Numbered from the stretch's first letter, positions 47,116-57,505 are shown. The stretch is DNA of 57,630 bases from an uncultured Thermodesulfobacteriaceae bacterium (GCA_964646435.1 CAZYEJ010000007.1:1-57630), one strand, 5' to 3'. The notes: a model not told the origin generated them from the letters alone. Numbers and translations: made by a program.

Positions 47116-50100
47116 TTATGGAAAAATCGGGCTCAATATACGAAACGGCAGCATTAATGTGTTCTTGACCAGGTTTATCATGGCTCCGCCTACTGCATCA
47201 GGTGAAAGGACCGTGACCTCCGGGTCTTTTATCTGTCCTTTGATTTTTACCGGAAATGCCACGATTACCGCGTCCTTTCCTCCTAGGGCCTTCCCTATCA
47301 GAGGTACCTTTGAGACTATAGTGTCTATGGTCTTCAATGGAGCTACCAGTACAATCATGTCTGCATCCATGTCGTCCAGATCAATTTTCCCGCTAGCGAA
47401 GAGGTTTAACCCTTTCCCTTTGATTATAGCATGATCAATAATTAGGTTGTTGTCCTTTATGTTGCCCTTAATATCCATTTGTGAAAAAGGAAAGCCTCCA
47501 GTAAGGAAATCCTGGAATCCATTTTTGGAAAAAAGGTCTATAACATTAAGAACGCTGAATATTTTGGAGAGCAGTGTCATGCGTCTGATTATACCGTTGG
47601 AGGATAGGAGTTCAACAGTGCCACGTTGCCAGTTGCCAGGTGTCCCTTCAATGTTTGCATTAAAGACAAATGGCCCCTCTAATATGTCTTGCTTAAAACC
47701 GAGGCATGAAAGCACTTCCTGGAAAAGCACTTCCTCTTCGTGATCAGTAGAAATAGACAGATTGGCCATGCCATAGCCTGGTCCTGAACGCCAGGTGCCA
47801 ATGGTATTGAGGCCGCAGATTGTTCCTGAGGATATAGAGACGGCTGTTTTCCCCTGAGGTAAGAATTTTACCTGACCTGTGATGGGTTGCCAGACATAGT
47901 CGGTGACTTTGTGGTCTTTATCTGCAAAGGCCGCTTCCTCACTGCCTGTGTATTTAAAGCTATCCAACTCGAAGTTGATTCTGCCTGTAAGAGAAAGGGG
48001 AGAATTTGATGATTTGAGAGTAGGTGCAAGGTCGGGGGGAGAAGGTTTTTCTTTATATGTACCAATGAATCGGGAGAGGTTTTTCCAGGAAAGGGAATCG
48101 GATTTCAGATCCAGGTCCAGATCAATATTATGCTTTGAGAATGAGGCCCTTCCCTTAGACATTACTGATTCGTCATTTATTACCAAAGAGAGTTCCTCTA
48201 TGTCTGTCCATGAGTTATGACCTGCCAAGTTGGCATGTTTGACAGCTATCGGCTCTGCAACTCCCCAGTGCCAGTTTAGTCCAGATGCCTCTATAGAGCC
48301 CTTAAGTTGGGCAGAACTCGGATCTGACAGCAAGTAACTCAGGTTGCATAAGCCCTCTATATGGCCTGATAATATATTATTCTCTTCCAGAATTTTGTCC
48401 AGAGTGTCTCTTTCCAGGTATCCTTCCCAATTTAGCAGTAAATTTTCCCTGGGAGTCTGTAGCAAATTCAGAGAAAGACTCGCCTTTTCATCCGGAGTAG
48501 TAATAGTAAGATCTTTTATAGAAAACTCCTTTGGACTGGAGCTGATATCCAGTTTTACCTTTGTGGTCTTCTTGTTTTCTATATCTGAGATGATCTCTCC
48601 TTTTACGTCAGTCTTTTTGGGATCCCAGGCAATCCTTAAATGGTTCATGGTGCAAGGGGTCCTTGGAAAGTACAGGACGGGTATCCAACCCTTTGCCTTT
48701 ACCCACTGGGAAATACCTTCTCTCGCAGTCCCGCTCAGATCAAGCCGGCCCTGCCATTCTTGCCATCTTTTGTGTTTAAGATCTCCGTTTAAGTTCATCT
48801 GTTGGTCTGAAAGGCGCATCCTGCAACTGGATATTCGAACATTTTCCTGATCAACCTGTGCAGAGGCCTGCTCAATGTTGGATGGTCCTGGAAGCAGGGG
48901 GCTGTGGAAATCAAGGTCTTTTGTGTTGGCCGTTATGCTGTATTTCCAGCTCAGAGGTTTCCTCACGGGTCCTTTAAGCCATGCATCAGTTACTTCCAAG
49001 GGACCATCAATTGAAAGAAGTACTTTGGAAAGGATTTCTTGCAGCCTGGGATAGCGTTTCAGCTCCGAGAAAAAGGGGCCTGAGTCCAGAGAGGCATTAA
49101 GCTTTCTGATATCGAGAAAAACCTCATCTTTCCATCTTACTGATCCCTCAGTTTTGTGAATAGAATTGGGACCGGCTACCCCCTGAACATTGCTCCAGCT
49201 CACTTCGTCAGGAAGGACCTGGAGTTGACCTTTCTTGATCTTGATAGGCCATGTGATCCGCTCGTAATTTGCCGTTCCATCAATGCTCGACACTTCCACT
49301 CTCACTGAAATATCTTTTAATCTGTCTCCCAGGATAAGACGCCCTGAGGTCTTGCCCCGGACATTGCTAAATTTGGCCAGCTCATCCCTGAACTCTTGGT
49401 GATTAACCAGCCTGTGCAAAAGGGCAGGGAGTTTTGAAAGGTCTGCATCCAGTTCCATATCCAATTTGAAGACCTTGTCATCACCAACCAGACCCAATAC
49501 AAGAGAGCCATTTGTACCCAGGGAGTCGCCCAGTCTGGCTGAGAGATTCTGTCCTGTCAGTATCCCGTTTCTGATCTCGATTTGACCCGAGGTCTCTTTG
49601 AGGTCCAGATCCACATTTGGAACGTGTACCGGCGCTCCATCTACGTCGGCTGTGATGGTCATGGCCTTTAGTTTCCGAAAGTGTGACACAGGTCCCTCAA
49701 AGTAAAATTTTGCCTCCCTGGCCTTTCCTCCCAGGACTATGCTGCACACCAGGTCGGCCACTTTATGCCTGCCGAACAGGGCGAGGACTTTTTCTCTGAC
49801 TCCTGAAAGATTTACTTCCTTTGCCTTGAGGTCAATATACCAGAGAGCCTCATCAGTGAGAGCCGCCTGACGCCTTTCTATCACTCCTGATAAGGTCAGC
49901 CCGGGGTCTGTAAGCTCCAACGCATTTACCGACACGTGAAGTTGCTGCCCCTGTTTTTTAAAACTCAGGTCTGTATAACCGCATGAAAACAGCAGTTCTT
50001 TGTCATGTGATTCGATTTTTAGACAAGGGGAGTCTCCTTTTACTGAGGCCTTTATATCGTCAAGACCGGTTCCTGTGATAACAGCCTTTATGTTAACGTC

Positions 50101-50787
50101 TGAGTCTAAGGGTTTAACCAGGCTTTTGTTCAGGGAAGTAAGGAAGATTTCGTGCGGTTTGAAGTCTTGGCAGTCTATCCTTAACTCATAGGAGTTTTTT
50201 GACGGAATAAAATGGCCTTTGGTCTCCAGGCTTTTGGCATAAGGGGGGATACATATGAGAAATGCATCAACCCTGTCAGGTTTTATATATATCCTGGCCT
50301 CGACATTTGAAAAATTAAGGCTATTGGTGTGCTGAAGCAGTCCTGGAAAAATACCCTCCGGATCTAAAGCAAGGCCACCATTTTTTATAACAAGTGTGGC
50401 TGAAAGAGTAGGCAGTGACCATGGCTCTTTGTCGGCAGACGGAGCCAGGGACTTGAGATGGAGATTTGGATTGTCGAGAACCACACGGCTTATTCCGAGC
50501 CTGCCACGAAAAAGGCCCAGCCAGTCGGGGGAAAGCAGGATCTTCGGCATCTCTGCCTCTAACTGGTTGTTGGAAACTAGGGCGTCAGTGAGCACTATGC
50601 AGGGAAGGGGAAACCACTGCCAGGAGGTAGCCTTGATGTCGATATTACTGTCCAGTCGATGGGTTATCTCATGGGTTATCCTGGAGCGGACCTGTTCCAA
50701 CTTCAAAACGTATGGGGTGAGAAACACAAGTAGCCCAACGATCGCAAAAACAAAGATAAAAATTTTAGCAGCGCGCGCTTTTTTCAT
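47116..50787 (-). CDS. AsmA-like/YhdP-family large membrane-anchored protein
   Basis: N-terminal TM, long beta-rich body, C-terminal AsmA_2-like region (APLKTIDTIVSKVPLIG...KGQIKDPEV). Confidence 0.8.
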   Translation of the reverse strand: MKKARAAKIFIFVFAIVGLLVFLTPYVLKLEQVRSRITHEITHRLDSNIDIKATSWQWFPLPCIVLTDALVSNNQLEAEMPKILLSPDWLGLFRGRLGISRVVLDNPNLHLKSLAPSADKEPWSLPTLSATLVIKNGGLALDPEGIFPGLLQHTNSLNFSNVEARIYIKPDRVDAFLICIPPYAKSLETKGHFIPSKNSYELRIDCQDFKPHEIFLTSLNKSLVKPLDSDVNIKAVITGTGLDDIKASVKGDSPCLKIESHDKELLFSCGYTDLSFKKQGQQLHVSVNALELTDPGLTLSGVIERRQAALTDEALWYIDLKAKEVNLSGVREKVLALFGRHKVADLVCSIVLGGKAREAKFYFEGPVSHFRKLKAMTITADVDGAPVHVPNVDLDLKETSGQIEIRNGILTGQNLSARLGDSLGTNGSLVLGLVGDDKVFKLDMELDADLSKLPALLHRLVNHQEFRDELAKFSNVRGKTSGRLILGDRLKDISVRVEVSSIDGTANYERITWPIKIKKGQLQVLPDEVSWSNVQGVAGPNSIHKTEGSVRWKDEVFLDIRKLNASLDSGPFFSELKRYPRLQEILSKVLLSIDGPLEVTDAWLKGPVRKPLSWKYSITANTKDLDFHSPLLPGPSNIEQASAQVDQENVRISSCRMRLSDQQMNLNGDLKHKRWQEWQGRLDLSGTAREGISQWVKAKGWIPVLYFPRTPCTMNHLRIAWDPKKTDVKGEIISDIENKKTTKVKLDISSSPKEFSIKDLTITTPDEKASLSLNLLQTPRENLLLNWEGYLERDTLDKILEENNILSGHIEGLCNLSYLLSDPSSAQLKGSIEASGLNWHWGVAEPIAVKHANLAGHNSWTDIEELSLVINDESVMSKGRASFSKHNIDLDLDLKSDSLSWKNLSRFIGTYKEKPSPPDLAPTLKSSNSPLSLTGRINFELDSFKYTGSEEAAFADKDHKVTDYVWQPITGQVKFLPQGKTAVSISSGTICGLNTIGTWRSGPGYGMANLSISTDHEEEVLFQEVLSCLGFKQDILEGPFVFNANIEGTPGNWQRGTVELLSSNGIIRRMTLLSKIFSVLNVIDLFSKNGFQDFLTGGFPFSQMDIKGNIKDNNLIIDHAIIKGKGLNLFASGKIDLDDMDADMIVLVAPLKTIDTIVSKVPLIGKALGGKDAVIVAFPVKIKGQIKDPEVTVLSPDAVGGAMINLVKNTLMLPFRILSPIFP

Positions 50788-51781
50788 TTATGATTTTAAG
50801 TGGTGAATTTTGATTTTTATCAGAGATGTCTGCTATCAGCAAATTCAGGTTATCAAGTTTTTCAAAGTCTTTGCGGACAAGCAGCGCCTTTAAATTTGAA
50901 AGGGCAGGTGAGACAAAAGGCTTAAAGAAGACCTTCCCCTTTTTAAGATAGAGGTATGAATACGCACCTAATGCCTGCATGGTACGAAGAAGGGCAAGCA
51001 GGTAAAACTCCCTTTCAAATACAGCTTTATCCAGGGCGATATTCAGAGAATCAAGCTCGTCGAGATAGAATTCTAAAAGTTCAGGCCAAATAATCTCGGG
51101 TAGTGCAACATAAGGATCTATGAGCAGGGCGGCAACGTCATAACCCAAGGGACCCAGACGACCACCCTGAAAATCAATTATCCTCAAGGCCCCGTTCCAG
51201 ACCAAAATATTGCGGGACTGAAAATCCCGATGTAAAAAATACCCCTTATTGTCAATTAAATCTACTTGAAGTGCCAGCTCTGCAAGCTCATTTTCAAGTT
51301 CTGGTGTTTTGCTGCCGCCCATGAGACCTTCAACAAAGTATTGCAAAAAGTAAAAGGCCTCTCGTTCCCTGGCCAGTTCACTGTCATAATATTCTGAGTC
51401 ATAGCACCATTTGCGGTTGAATCCACGGCAGCAATATACCTGCATCCTTGCCAGTAAAGAAAGGGCCTGCCGGTAAAGCCTTTTGACCTGTGACCATTTA
51501 TTTTGGGAGATTAGTGCCAGGATCTCGGTCTGTAAATGCCTATTTCCCAAATACTCCACTACAATAACTCCGGTATCTTTGTTGAAATCATATATTTTAG
51601 GAACCGGAATTCCGACCCTGGCCAGATGATTCCCAATAGCAATATAGCTATAGGTCTCGGAAGTACCTGTGTCCCCTGGAGAAGGTTCAATTGCCACGGC
51701 AGGTTTGTCTTTCCACCGGATCTTGAAAAAACGTCTGTCAGATCCATCGGAAGAGAGAGGTATGGCAAGTGGCGGTTTCAA
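50765..51781 (-). CDS. Aminoglycoside phosphotransferase-family kinase (AmgK-like MurNAc/GlcNAc kinase)
   Basis: DGSDRRFF, HRDFQSRNI, IIDFQG, GPLGYD, QALGAY; probable TTG start 51781 (track start overlaps the upstream gene). Confidence 0.82.
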   Translation of the reverse strand: MKPPLAIPLSSDGSDRRFFKIRWKDKPAVAIEPSPGDTGTSETYSYIAIGNHLARVGIPVPKIYDFNKDTGVIVVEYLGNRHLQTEILALISQNKWSQVKRLYRQALSLLARMQVYCCRGFNRKWCYDSEYYDSELAREREAFYFLQYFVEGLMGGSKTPELENELAELALQVDLIDNKGYFLHRDFQSRNILVWNGALRIIDFQGGRLGPLGYDVAALLIDPYVALPEIIWPELLEFYLDELDSLNIALDKAVFEREFYLLALLRTMQALGAYSYLYLKKGKVFFKPFVSPALSNLKALLVRKDFEKLDNLNLLIADISDKNQNSPLKIINEKSARC

Positions 51782-51842
51782 AATTAGTACCTTAGTAATT
51801 ATTTTCGTGTTTCTAGTGGGATTTCCACATTGGTCTTTTTTC

Positions 51843-52928
51843 CTAGAAAAGCTTTCCGATTTTCCTAAAACCATACCAAAACAGGACTCCTCCGAGGACA
51901 ATAACCCCTGCAAAATATTCCCACAGATCTATCAAGGCGGTCCCTCTGAAAAAGACGCTTTCACTCCCTTGAATATAATAGCGCAATGGTGAAATAATCG
52001 AGAGATACTCTAAAATCGGATGCATTGCATAAACCGGTGTCCATGCCCCGCTGAGGAATAGCAACGGCATCATGATTAAAACGGAAAGTTGTGCTACTTG
52101 CATGATATTACGTGCCACCGAGGCGATAAAAAGCCCGATGCCGGCACTTGTGAATGCATAAAAAAAAGTCAGTAACATAAAGACGGCCAGTGAACCATTA
52201 ATCGGTAGATCAAAAATTCCAAAGAGCACGGTGCCGACACAGATAAATGTACCGATCATCACTATAATTACCTGGGACAGGCTTTTTGCCAGAATGATGG
52301 CCTTTGCATCGGTAGGCATCAAAAGCATGATATCCCAGGTGCCATTCTCTTTCTCTTTGACAAAGACAGCCGCAGTTAGAATAACAGCCAAGATTGTAAT
52401 AATCGACAAAAGTTCAGCAAGGGCCATGAAATAGCTATAAGATGTATTGGGGTTAAAGAGCTTGTGGATTTGGATTTCTATCGGGGCAAGCGATAAAGTA
52501 TCCTGGAAACGCATAAGTATGTGCTGGATATAATTGAGTGCCAAATAGCTCTGTGCCGAGGCAGTTGAATCCATTAACAAATTGAGGACCGGATTATTTC
52601 CGTTATGATATCGTTTTTCAAAATCACTCTCAAAGACAATACCAACCATAATTTTTTTATTGCGTATTGCAAGATTTAGTTTTTCCTGCGATGCAAAAAA
52701 GACAGGCTCTTGGAATTGTGGATAGTGCAGATCTGATAGTATTTTATTGCTTATAAAGCCTGGTGAATAATCTATTACCCCTACGCTGACATTTCTAGCA
52801 TCCAGATTTATTCCATTACCAGCAATATAGACATCGAGTGTAAAGGAATAGAGCACTACAATCAAGAGTCCGTAAGATCGCAGAAATTCTAACAGCTCTT
52901 TACGGATAATCGCCAAGAAGGCGCTCAT
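51843..52928 (-). CDS. ABC-2 type exporter permease (YhhJ/YbhR-like)
   Basis: KEKENGTWD, FLSGAWTP, SPLRYY. Confidence 0.9.
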   Translation of the reverse strand: MSAFLAIIRKELLEFLRSYGLLIVVLYSFTLDVYIAGNGINLDARNVSVGVIDYSPGFISNKILSDLHYPQFQEPVFFASQEKLNLAIRNKKIMVGIVFESDFEKRYHNGNNPVLNLLMDSTASAQSYLALNYIQHILMRFQDTLSLAPIEIQIHKLFNPNTSYSYFMALAELLSIITILAVILTAAVFVKEKENGTWDIMLLMPTDAKAIILAKSLSQVIIVMIGTFICVGTVLFGIFDLPINGSLAVFMLLTFFYAFTSAGIGLFIASVARNIMQVAQLSVLIMMPLLFLSGAWTPVYAMHPILEYLSIISPLRYYIQGSESVFFRGTALIDLWEYFAGVIVLGGVLFWYGFRKIGKLF

Positions 52929-54043
52929 GCAATCCTCTTTTTCAGTAGTAGTGATCCAACAGTAAGCAATATAGTTGCATATCCCACCAAAATAAGAAGA
53001 TAAAGCAAATTTTTACTGGCGCTCAATCCGTCTCCAACCAAAAAGACATCATAAAGAATATGAGTATAATACATCACGGGATAGATATGGGCTTCAATGA
53101 CTGATTCCCCTTCCATTGAACTAATGGGCATAAGCATCCCGGAGTAAAGAAAGCCGGGGATTATAGTAATAATCAATGTTAATACATAGGCTACAATTTG
53201 GGATGACGTAACAATTGATACGAGTAGACCAATTGAAAGACTAATAATAATATATATAAATGATGAGAAGGTATAGAGCAAAAAACTTCCACGAAATGGC
53301 AGTTCAAATAAATATATGGCCCATAAAAAAAGAATAAAGATATTGATGACATGAAGCAGTAATACAGACAAAAGCTTGGCAGCTAGAAATTCGCTTTTTT
53401 TAACAGGAGATGAATAAAAGTTGAAAATAGTACCATTTTCTTTCTCTTTGACAATAAGAAGCGCTGATGAAATGGCAGGTACAACGAGTAGTACAAGGCC
53501 GATGAGCCCAGGCACAATCATATCCTCATCACGCAGCGACTGGTTAAAGAGGTTGCGCGCATTGATTGTTATCAAGGCCCTGCTCTCCGTCTCAGAACCG
53601 GACCTTTTCATTATTGCATCATATATTACTCCATCGACATAATTTTCAGTGGTCTTTGCGCGCGACGGGAATGAGCCATCAATATAGACTCCAACCGAGG
53701 CCTTCAATCCTTTGAGAAGGTGCTTTCCAAATTCTTCCGGTATAATAATTATCAGGTCTTTTTTATCCTGTTTAATTAAGTTCAACGCCCTGTTTTCAGA
53801 GAGATTCTTTACTTCAGAATTAAAATATTTAGAGTGTTCAAATGCGCTGACGAGGTCATATGATGCCTTGCTTTGATCATTATCAATAATGAGTGTCCGG
53901 ATATGAGTGACTTCCAATTTGATGCCATAGCCAAAGAGTATGAGTATCATTGATGGCATAATATAGACCATTAAAATGAGTTTACTGCGGTAGATATCCA
54001 AAAGCTCTTTTTTGCAATAAGCCCTAATAACCCCTATTCTCAT
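52925..54043 (-). CDS. ABC-2 type exporter permease (YbhS/RbbA-TM-like)
   Basis: LILFGYG, VPGLIG, VKEKENGTIFNFYSSP, YSGMLMP. Confidence 0.9.
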   Translation of the reverse strand: MRIGVIRAYCKKELLDIYRSKLILMVYIMPSMILILFGYGIKLEVTHIRTLIIDNDQSKASYDLVSAFEHSKYFNSEVKNLSENRALNLIKQDKKDLIIIIPEEFGKHLLKGLKASVGVYIDGSFPSRAKTTENYVDGVIYDAIMKRSGSETESRALITINARNLFNQSLRDEDMIVPGLIGLVLLVVPAISSALLIVKEKENGTIFNFYSSPVKKSEFLAAKLLSVLLLHVINIFILFLWAIYLFELPFRGSFLLYTFSSFIYIIISLSIGLLVSIVTSSQIVAYVLTLIITIIPGFLYSGMLMPISSMEGESVIEAHIYPVMYYTHILYDVFLVGDGLSASKNLLYLLILVGYATILLTVGSLLLKKRIA

Positions 54044-55668
54044 TAGAATGCCTTTTCGTAGTAATCTAAAAAGATATCTTCAAAATTGTGCGCATCAGGG
54101 TGTATCTGATACAGATTTTTTACAGTATCATCAGCTATTTTTTTACCATTTTTTAATAGCACTACCCGATCGCAAAATTCGGCCTCACTCATATAGTGGG
54201 TCGTAATCAAAATAGCGATATTCCACTCCTCTTTCAGTCTTTGCAGCATTTCCCAGAATGTGGCCCTTGCTACAACATCCACCCCGCTGGTTGGTTCATC
54301 TAAAAAGAGCACCACAGGTTCATGCATAATAGCCGCGGCTACTGAAAAGCGTTGGTTAATCCCCAGGGGTAAATCCGTGGGCAATGCATCCAGGTAGCTG
54401 TAAAATCCCAGGGTATTGGCATATTCTTTAATTAAGTCCGAAGCCCGTTTAGGCTCAATGTGATGCATATTTGCAAAATAGCGCAGATTCTCCCTTACGC
54501 TCATTCCCTTGTAGAGGGCAAAGTGCTGGCTTACATATCCGATTTTCGCCTTGAGCATCTGCCTGTTATTAGCACTTTTAATCCTTTTCCCAAGCAAAAA
54601 GAGTTCGCCCTCATCAATGGGCAAAAGTCCCAGAAGCATCTTTATAAAGGTGGTTTTCCCAGCTCCATTGGCTCCAAGCAGGCCCAGTATTTCGCCTCTG
54701 TTTAATTCCATATTGATGTGATCGTTTGCAACAAATTCCCCAAATCGTTTAGTCAACTCCCTAGCTTCCATAATAGTGGCAGGCACATCTTCATCTCTAT
54801 CTTTATGGACAATCGAAATCTCAGGGATAGGGCCATATTTTTTGAGGAAATTGATAAAAAAGACTGCGTCAAGGGTTGGTTCTTTTGGCTTAAGCTCCAG
54901 AGGTTTAAGAGAGTAAGTGTATCCGTGAATAGTGATGCTGTTTTCAAAAGGCTCAGGTGCAGCTTCATAACTGAAAGACCTCACCTTTTCAACCAATTCC
55001 CCGGCCCTGCCCTTGTCAATAATCTCTCCGTTTTCAAACAAAAGCACTCTATCCATTTGGGTGGCTTCAGCCATATAGGCGGTGCTGACAATGCAAAGTG
55101 TCTTTTCTTTGGTAATAATATCATTTAAAATATTCCACAATTCCATGCGGCTGAGTGGATCGACTCCTGTGGTTGGTTCATCCAAAAGCAATAGCTTGGG
55201 ACGATGCAGCAATGTGCAAATAAGTGCCAATTTCTGCATCATCCCGCCGCTCAATCTGCCTGCCTGTCGCTCAGTAAAATCAGACAGCCCCGCCATATGC
55301 AGCAGGCGTTCCCTGTAAACCTTGAAGGCACTATCCTGTTTGATTCCGCGAATATCGGCAAAAAAGTCCAGGTGCTCGTTTACGCTCAGTTGTTCATATA
55401 AAATCAGACCAAGACCTTGCGGCATGAATCCAATACTGTCCTTAATCTTTTCGGCCTCTTTGGGGGAGCGGTAGATATGATTGTTAAATTCAATTTCCCC
55501 GTCAAAACTCTTTGCCCCTGCAATTGCATGCATCAAAGAACTTTTGCCGGCACCGTCAGCACCGATAAGACCGATGATTTCTCCTCCGGTTGCTTCAAGA
55601 CTTACTGGTTTTAGCCCTGTTTTTTTACGATAAGTAACTGAGACTTTTCGTACCTGAAGCCGATTCAT
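54043..55668 (-). CDS. ABC exporter ATPase with two NBDs (RbbA/YbhF-like)
   Basis: GADGAGKS/LSGGM/LDEPTTGVDP and GANGAGKT/LPLG/LDEPTSGVD; probable start 55668. Confidence 0.92.
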   Translation of the reverse strand: MNRLQVRKVSVTYRKKTGLKPVSLEATGGEIIGLIGADGAGKSSLMHAIAGAKSFDGEIEFNNHIYRSPKEAEKIKDSIGFMPQGLGLILYEQLSVNEHLDFFADIRGIKQDSAFKVYRERLLHMAGLSDFTERQAGRLSGGMMQKLALICTLLHRPKLLLLDEPTTGVDPLSRMELWNILNDIITKEKTLCIVSTAYMAEATQMDRVLLFENGEIIDKGRAGELVEKVRSFSYEAAPEPFENSITIHGYTYSLKPLELKPKEPTLDAVFFINFLKKYGPIPEISIVHKDRDEDVPATIMEARELTKRFGEFVANDHINMELNRGEILGLLGANGAGKTTFIKMLLGLLPIDEGELFLLGKRIKSANNRQMLKAKIGYVSQHFALYKGMSVRENLRYFANMHHIEPKRASDLIKEYANTLGFYSYLDALPTDLPLGINQRFSVAAAIMHEPVVLFLDEPTSGVDVVARATFWEMLQRLKEEWNIAILITTHYMSEAEFCDRVVLLKNGKKIADDTVKNLYQIHPDAHNFEDIFLDYYEKAF

Positions 55669-55678
55669 GATTGGCGTT

Positions 55679-56827
55679 TTACAGATCTCCAAGGATTTTG
55701 GAGCTTTCCGGCAATCCTTTTCCGTCAGTACTGATTACTCCAATGGCCGGAATTCCCAGTTTCAGATATGAATTAGGAGTGATTGGTTTCAGATGAACCG
55801 CGTACATTCTTTGAATACGATCACTTTTGACACTCACCTCTTTGGGAGTAAACTCCGCTCGTTGTCCAATCCGTATTACACTTGCTTGAATCGGCATGTC
55901 CGGGAAACTATCCAAAAAGATAACTGCCTTATCTCTTAATTTGATTTTGCCGTTTTCAAGCGTATCCACAAACATTTTCAGGTAAAGTTCGTCAGGGTCT
56001 ATCAATGTGGCCACTACCATCCCGGGAGCCAGGACCTCGCCGGTTTGCGCAACCTTTTCAATCACCACACCATCAATTGGAGATATGATGGTCAGTTCTT
56101 TTATCGTTGCTGATACTTCTCTCTTGTTCGCCTCCAGCGAAGCGGTTTGATTTCGTGCAGCCCCTATGTTTGCTTTTAACGCGTCAAGCCTTTTCAACTG
56201 ATTTTGGGCGATTTTGAGATCGGTTCCGGAGACATTAATTTTGTCATTACTCTGGCTCAGTCCTTGATGCAACGATTCAAGCTCGTTGATGTCATTGTCA
56301 AGTTTGAGTCTGGAAAGTTCAAATGCATGTTTTGCTATGAGATCTTTTTCAGAAAGCCTTTTTGCGCGCGCAAAATCCCTTTTATCCTGTGTAATTACCA
56401 GATTCAGATTATCGATTGAACGTAGTAGCTGCTCTTTTTGGGCAATGGCAATATCAATGCCTTTTTTTGCTTTTTCAATTGCCAGAGGAATTGATACCTT
56501 GGCGATCTCATAGTCTTTTTGCAGGGCCTCAAGGCCCTTTTGGGAGGACTTGACGCCCTCTTCTATGCTTTCTAACTTGGCTTTAAACTCATCGCTTTGA
56601 AAAATTGCTATTGTATTTCCCTTATGGATGCTTTGTCCCTCTTCAATCAAAATTGTTTCGATACGTCCGATGTATTTGGTATTTAAAGCGATTATATCTC
56701 CATCGATTCTGCCTGTACCTGCTATAAGATTTGGAGGTAATTGTGTTGGATAGAGTTTCTGATAAATAAAGAAACCGGACAGCAAGATCAAAAAAACAAT
56801 AATTATTCCAATAATATAATTTTTCAT
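55679..56827 (-). CDS. HlyD-family membrane fusion protein (YhiI/YbhG-like)
   Basis: N-terminal TM, GRIDG, coiled coil, SPIDG, AEFTPKEV. Confidence 0.92.
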   Translation of the reverse strand: MKNYIIGIIIVFLILLSGFFIYQKLYPTQLPPNLIAGTGRIDGDIIALNTKYIGRIETILIEEGQSIHKGNTIAIFQSDEFKAKLESIEEGVKSSQKGLEALQKDYEIAKVSIPLAIEKAKKGIDIAIAQKEQLLRSIDNLNLVITQDKRDFARAKRLSEKDLIAKHAFELSRLKLDNDINELESLHQGLSQSNDKINVSGTDLKIAQNQLKRLDALKANIGAARNQTASLEANKREVSATIKELTIISPIDGVVIEKVAQTGEVLAPGMVVATLIDPDELYLKMFVDTLENGKIKLRDKAVIFLDSFPDMPIQASVIRIGQRAEFTPKEVSVKSDRIQRMYAVHLKPITPNSYLKLGIPAIGVISTDGKGLPESSKILGDL

Positions 56828-57110
56828 AGCTTTTTTTCGGTGAACCCTAAATCCGTGACCTGTCTATAGTTTTTCCGGTGCGTGCACTTTTTCCCTTTGT
56901 CCGGCTACCACGAGGGTATCTCCATCACGGATAAGATAGTCGGAAGATGGGACAATTATCTGTAGACCACGCCCTTCAACATGTGTACGGATAAAAGCCA
57001 CTTCTATGCCATAGCGCACACGGACGTCCAGCCCCTTTATAGGGTCTTGCCAATAAATCTCCCGGGTGTCAAGACCTCAACCAGCACATAATCGTTGCCG
57101 ATATTGGTGT
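56824..57110 (-). pseudogene. Frameshifted TrkA-C (RCK_C) domain remnant
   Basis: IGNDYVLVEVLTPGRFIGKTL* then, after a 2-bp shift near 57040, KGLDVRVRYGIEVAFIR...IVPSSDYLIRDGDTLVVAG. Confidence 0.7.
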
Positions 57111-57294
57111 CGGTATCAAAACACAGCAGCTCGGGATATTTAATTTTAGGACGTTTCTTAATATTGCGATGTTGCTGACCGAAAAAGAACGGTCCCGCGT
57201 GCTAAAGAAAAAATTATATTTTATAGCTTGACTTTCAATAACAATGATGTGTTTTGCTCACTTTTCACAAAGTGAACGTCACTCATACGCAAAA

Positions 57295-57385
57295 AGCTAT
57301 TGTGAGCGAAGGGTATGGATTGAAACAATAAAAATGAAGTATTGAAAGGAAATGTCGCCCTCTTTTATGAGGGCGTGGATTAAAT
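57295..57385 (+). CRISPR. Degenerate orphan mini-array (type I-C-like repeats, one 27-bp spacer)
   Basis: ...TGGATTGAAAC (ends 57326), 27 nt, then GTCGCCCTCTTTTATGAGGGCGTGGATTAAAT with a CGCCCTC/GAGGGCG hairpin; no cas genes in window. Confidence 0.4.
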
Positions 57386-57460
57386 TAGATTATACAATAA
57401 AATTTAGTTAAATTATTATTGACAAACTCAGCGGGTTGAATCAATGTTGTATTTAACAAC

Positions 57461-57505
57461 ACCCGCCACGCCTCTCCATTGGAAGCGCACCTCGGTGGGT
57501 TTTTT
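57461..57505 (+). ncRNA. Structured RNA resembling the abiF RNA motif, or a terminator-like hairpin
   Basis: ACCCGCC-ACGCCTC...GCGCACC-TC-GGTGGGT-TTTTT; the resemblance is recalled from memory, not searched. Confidence 0.4.

Noticed and set aside
44162-50806. Long antisense ORFs (e.g. 44162-44680, 48344-48850, 50396-50806)
   Set aside because: Shadows of well-supported genes on the opposite strand
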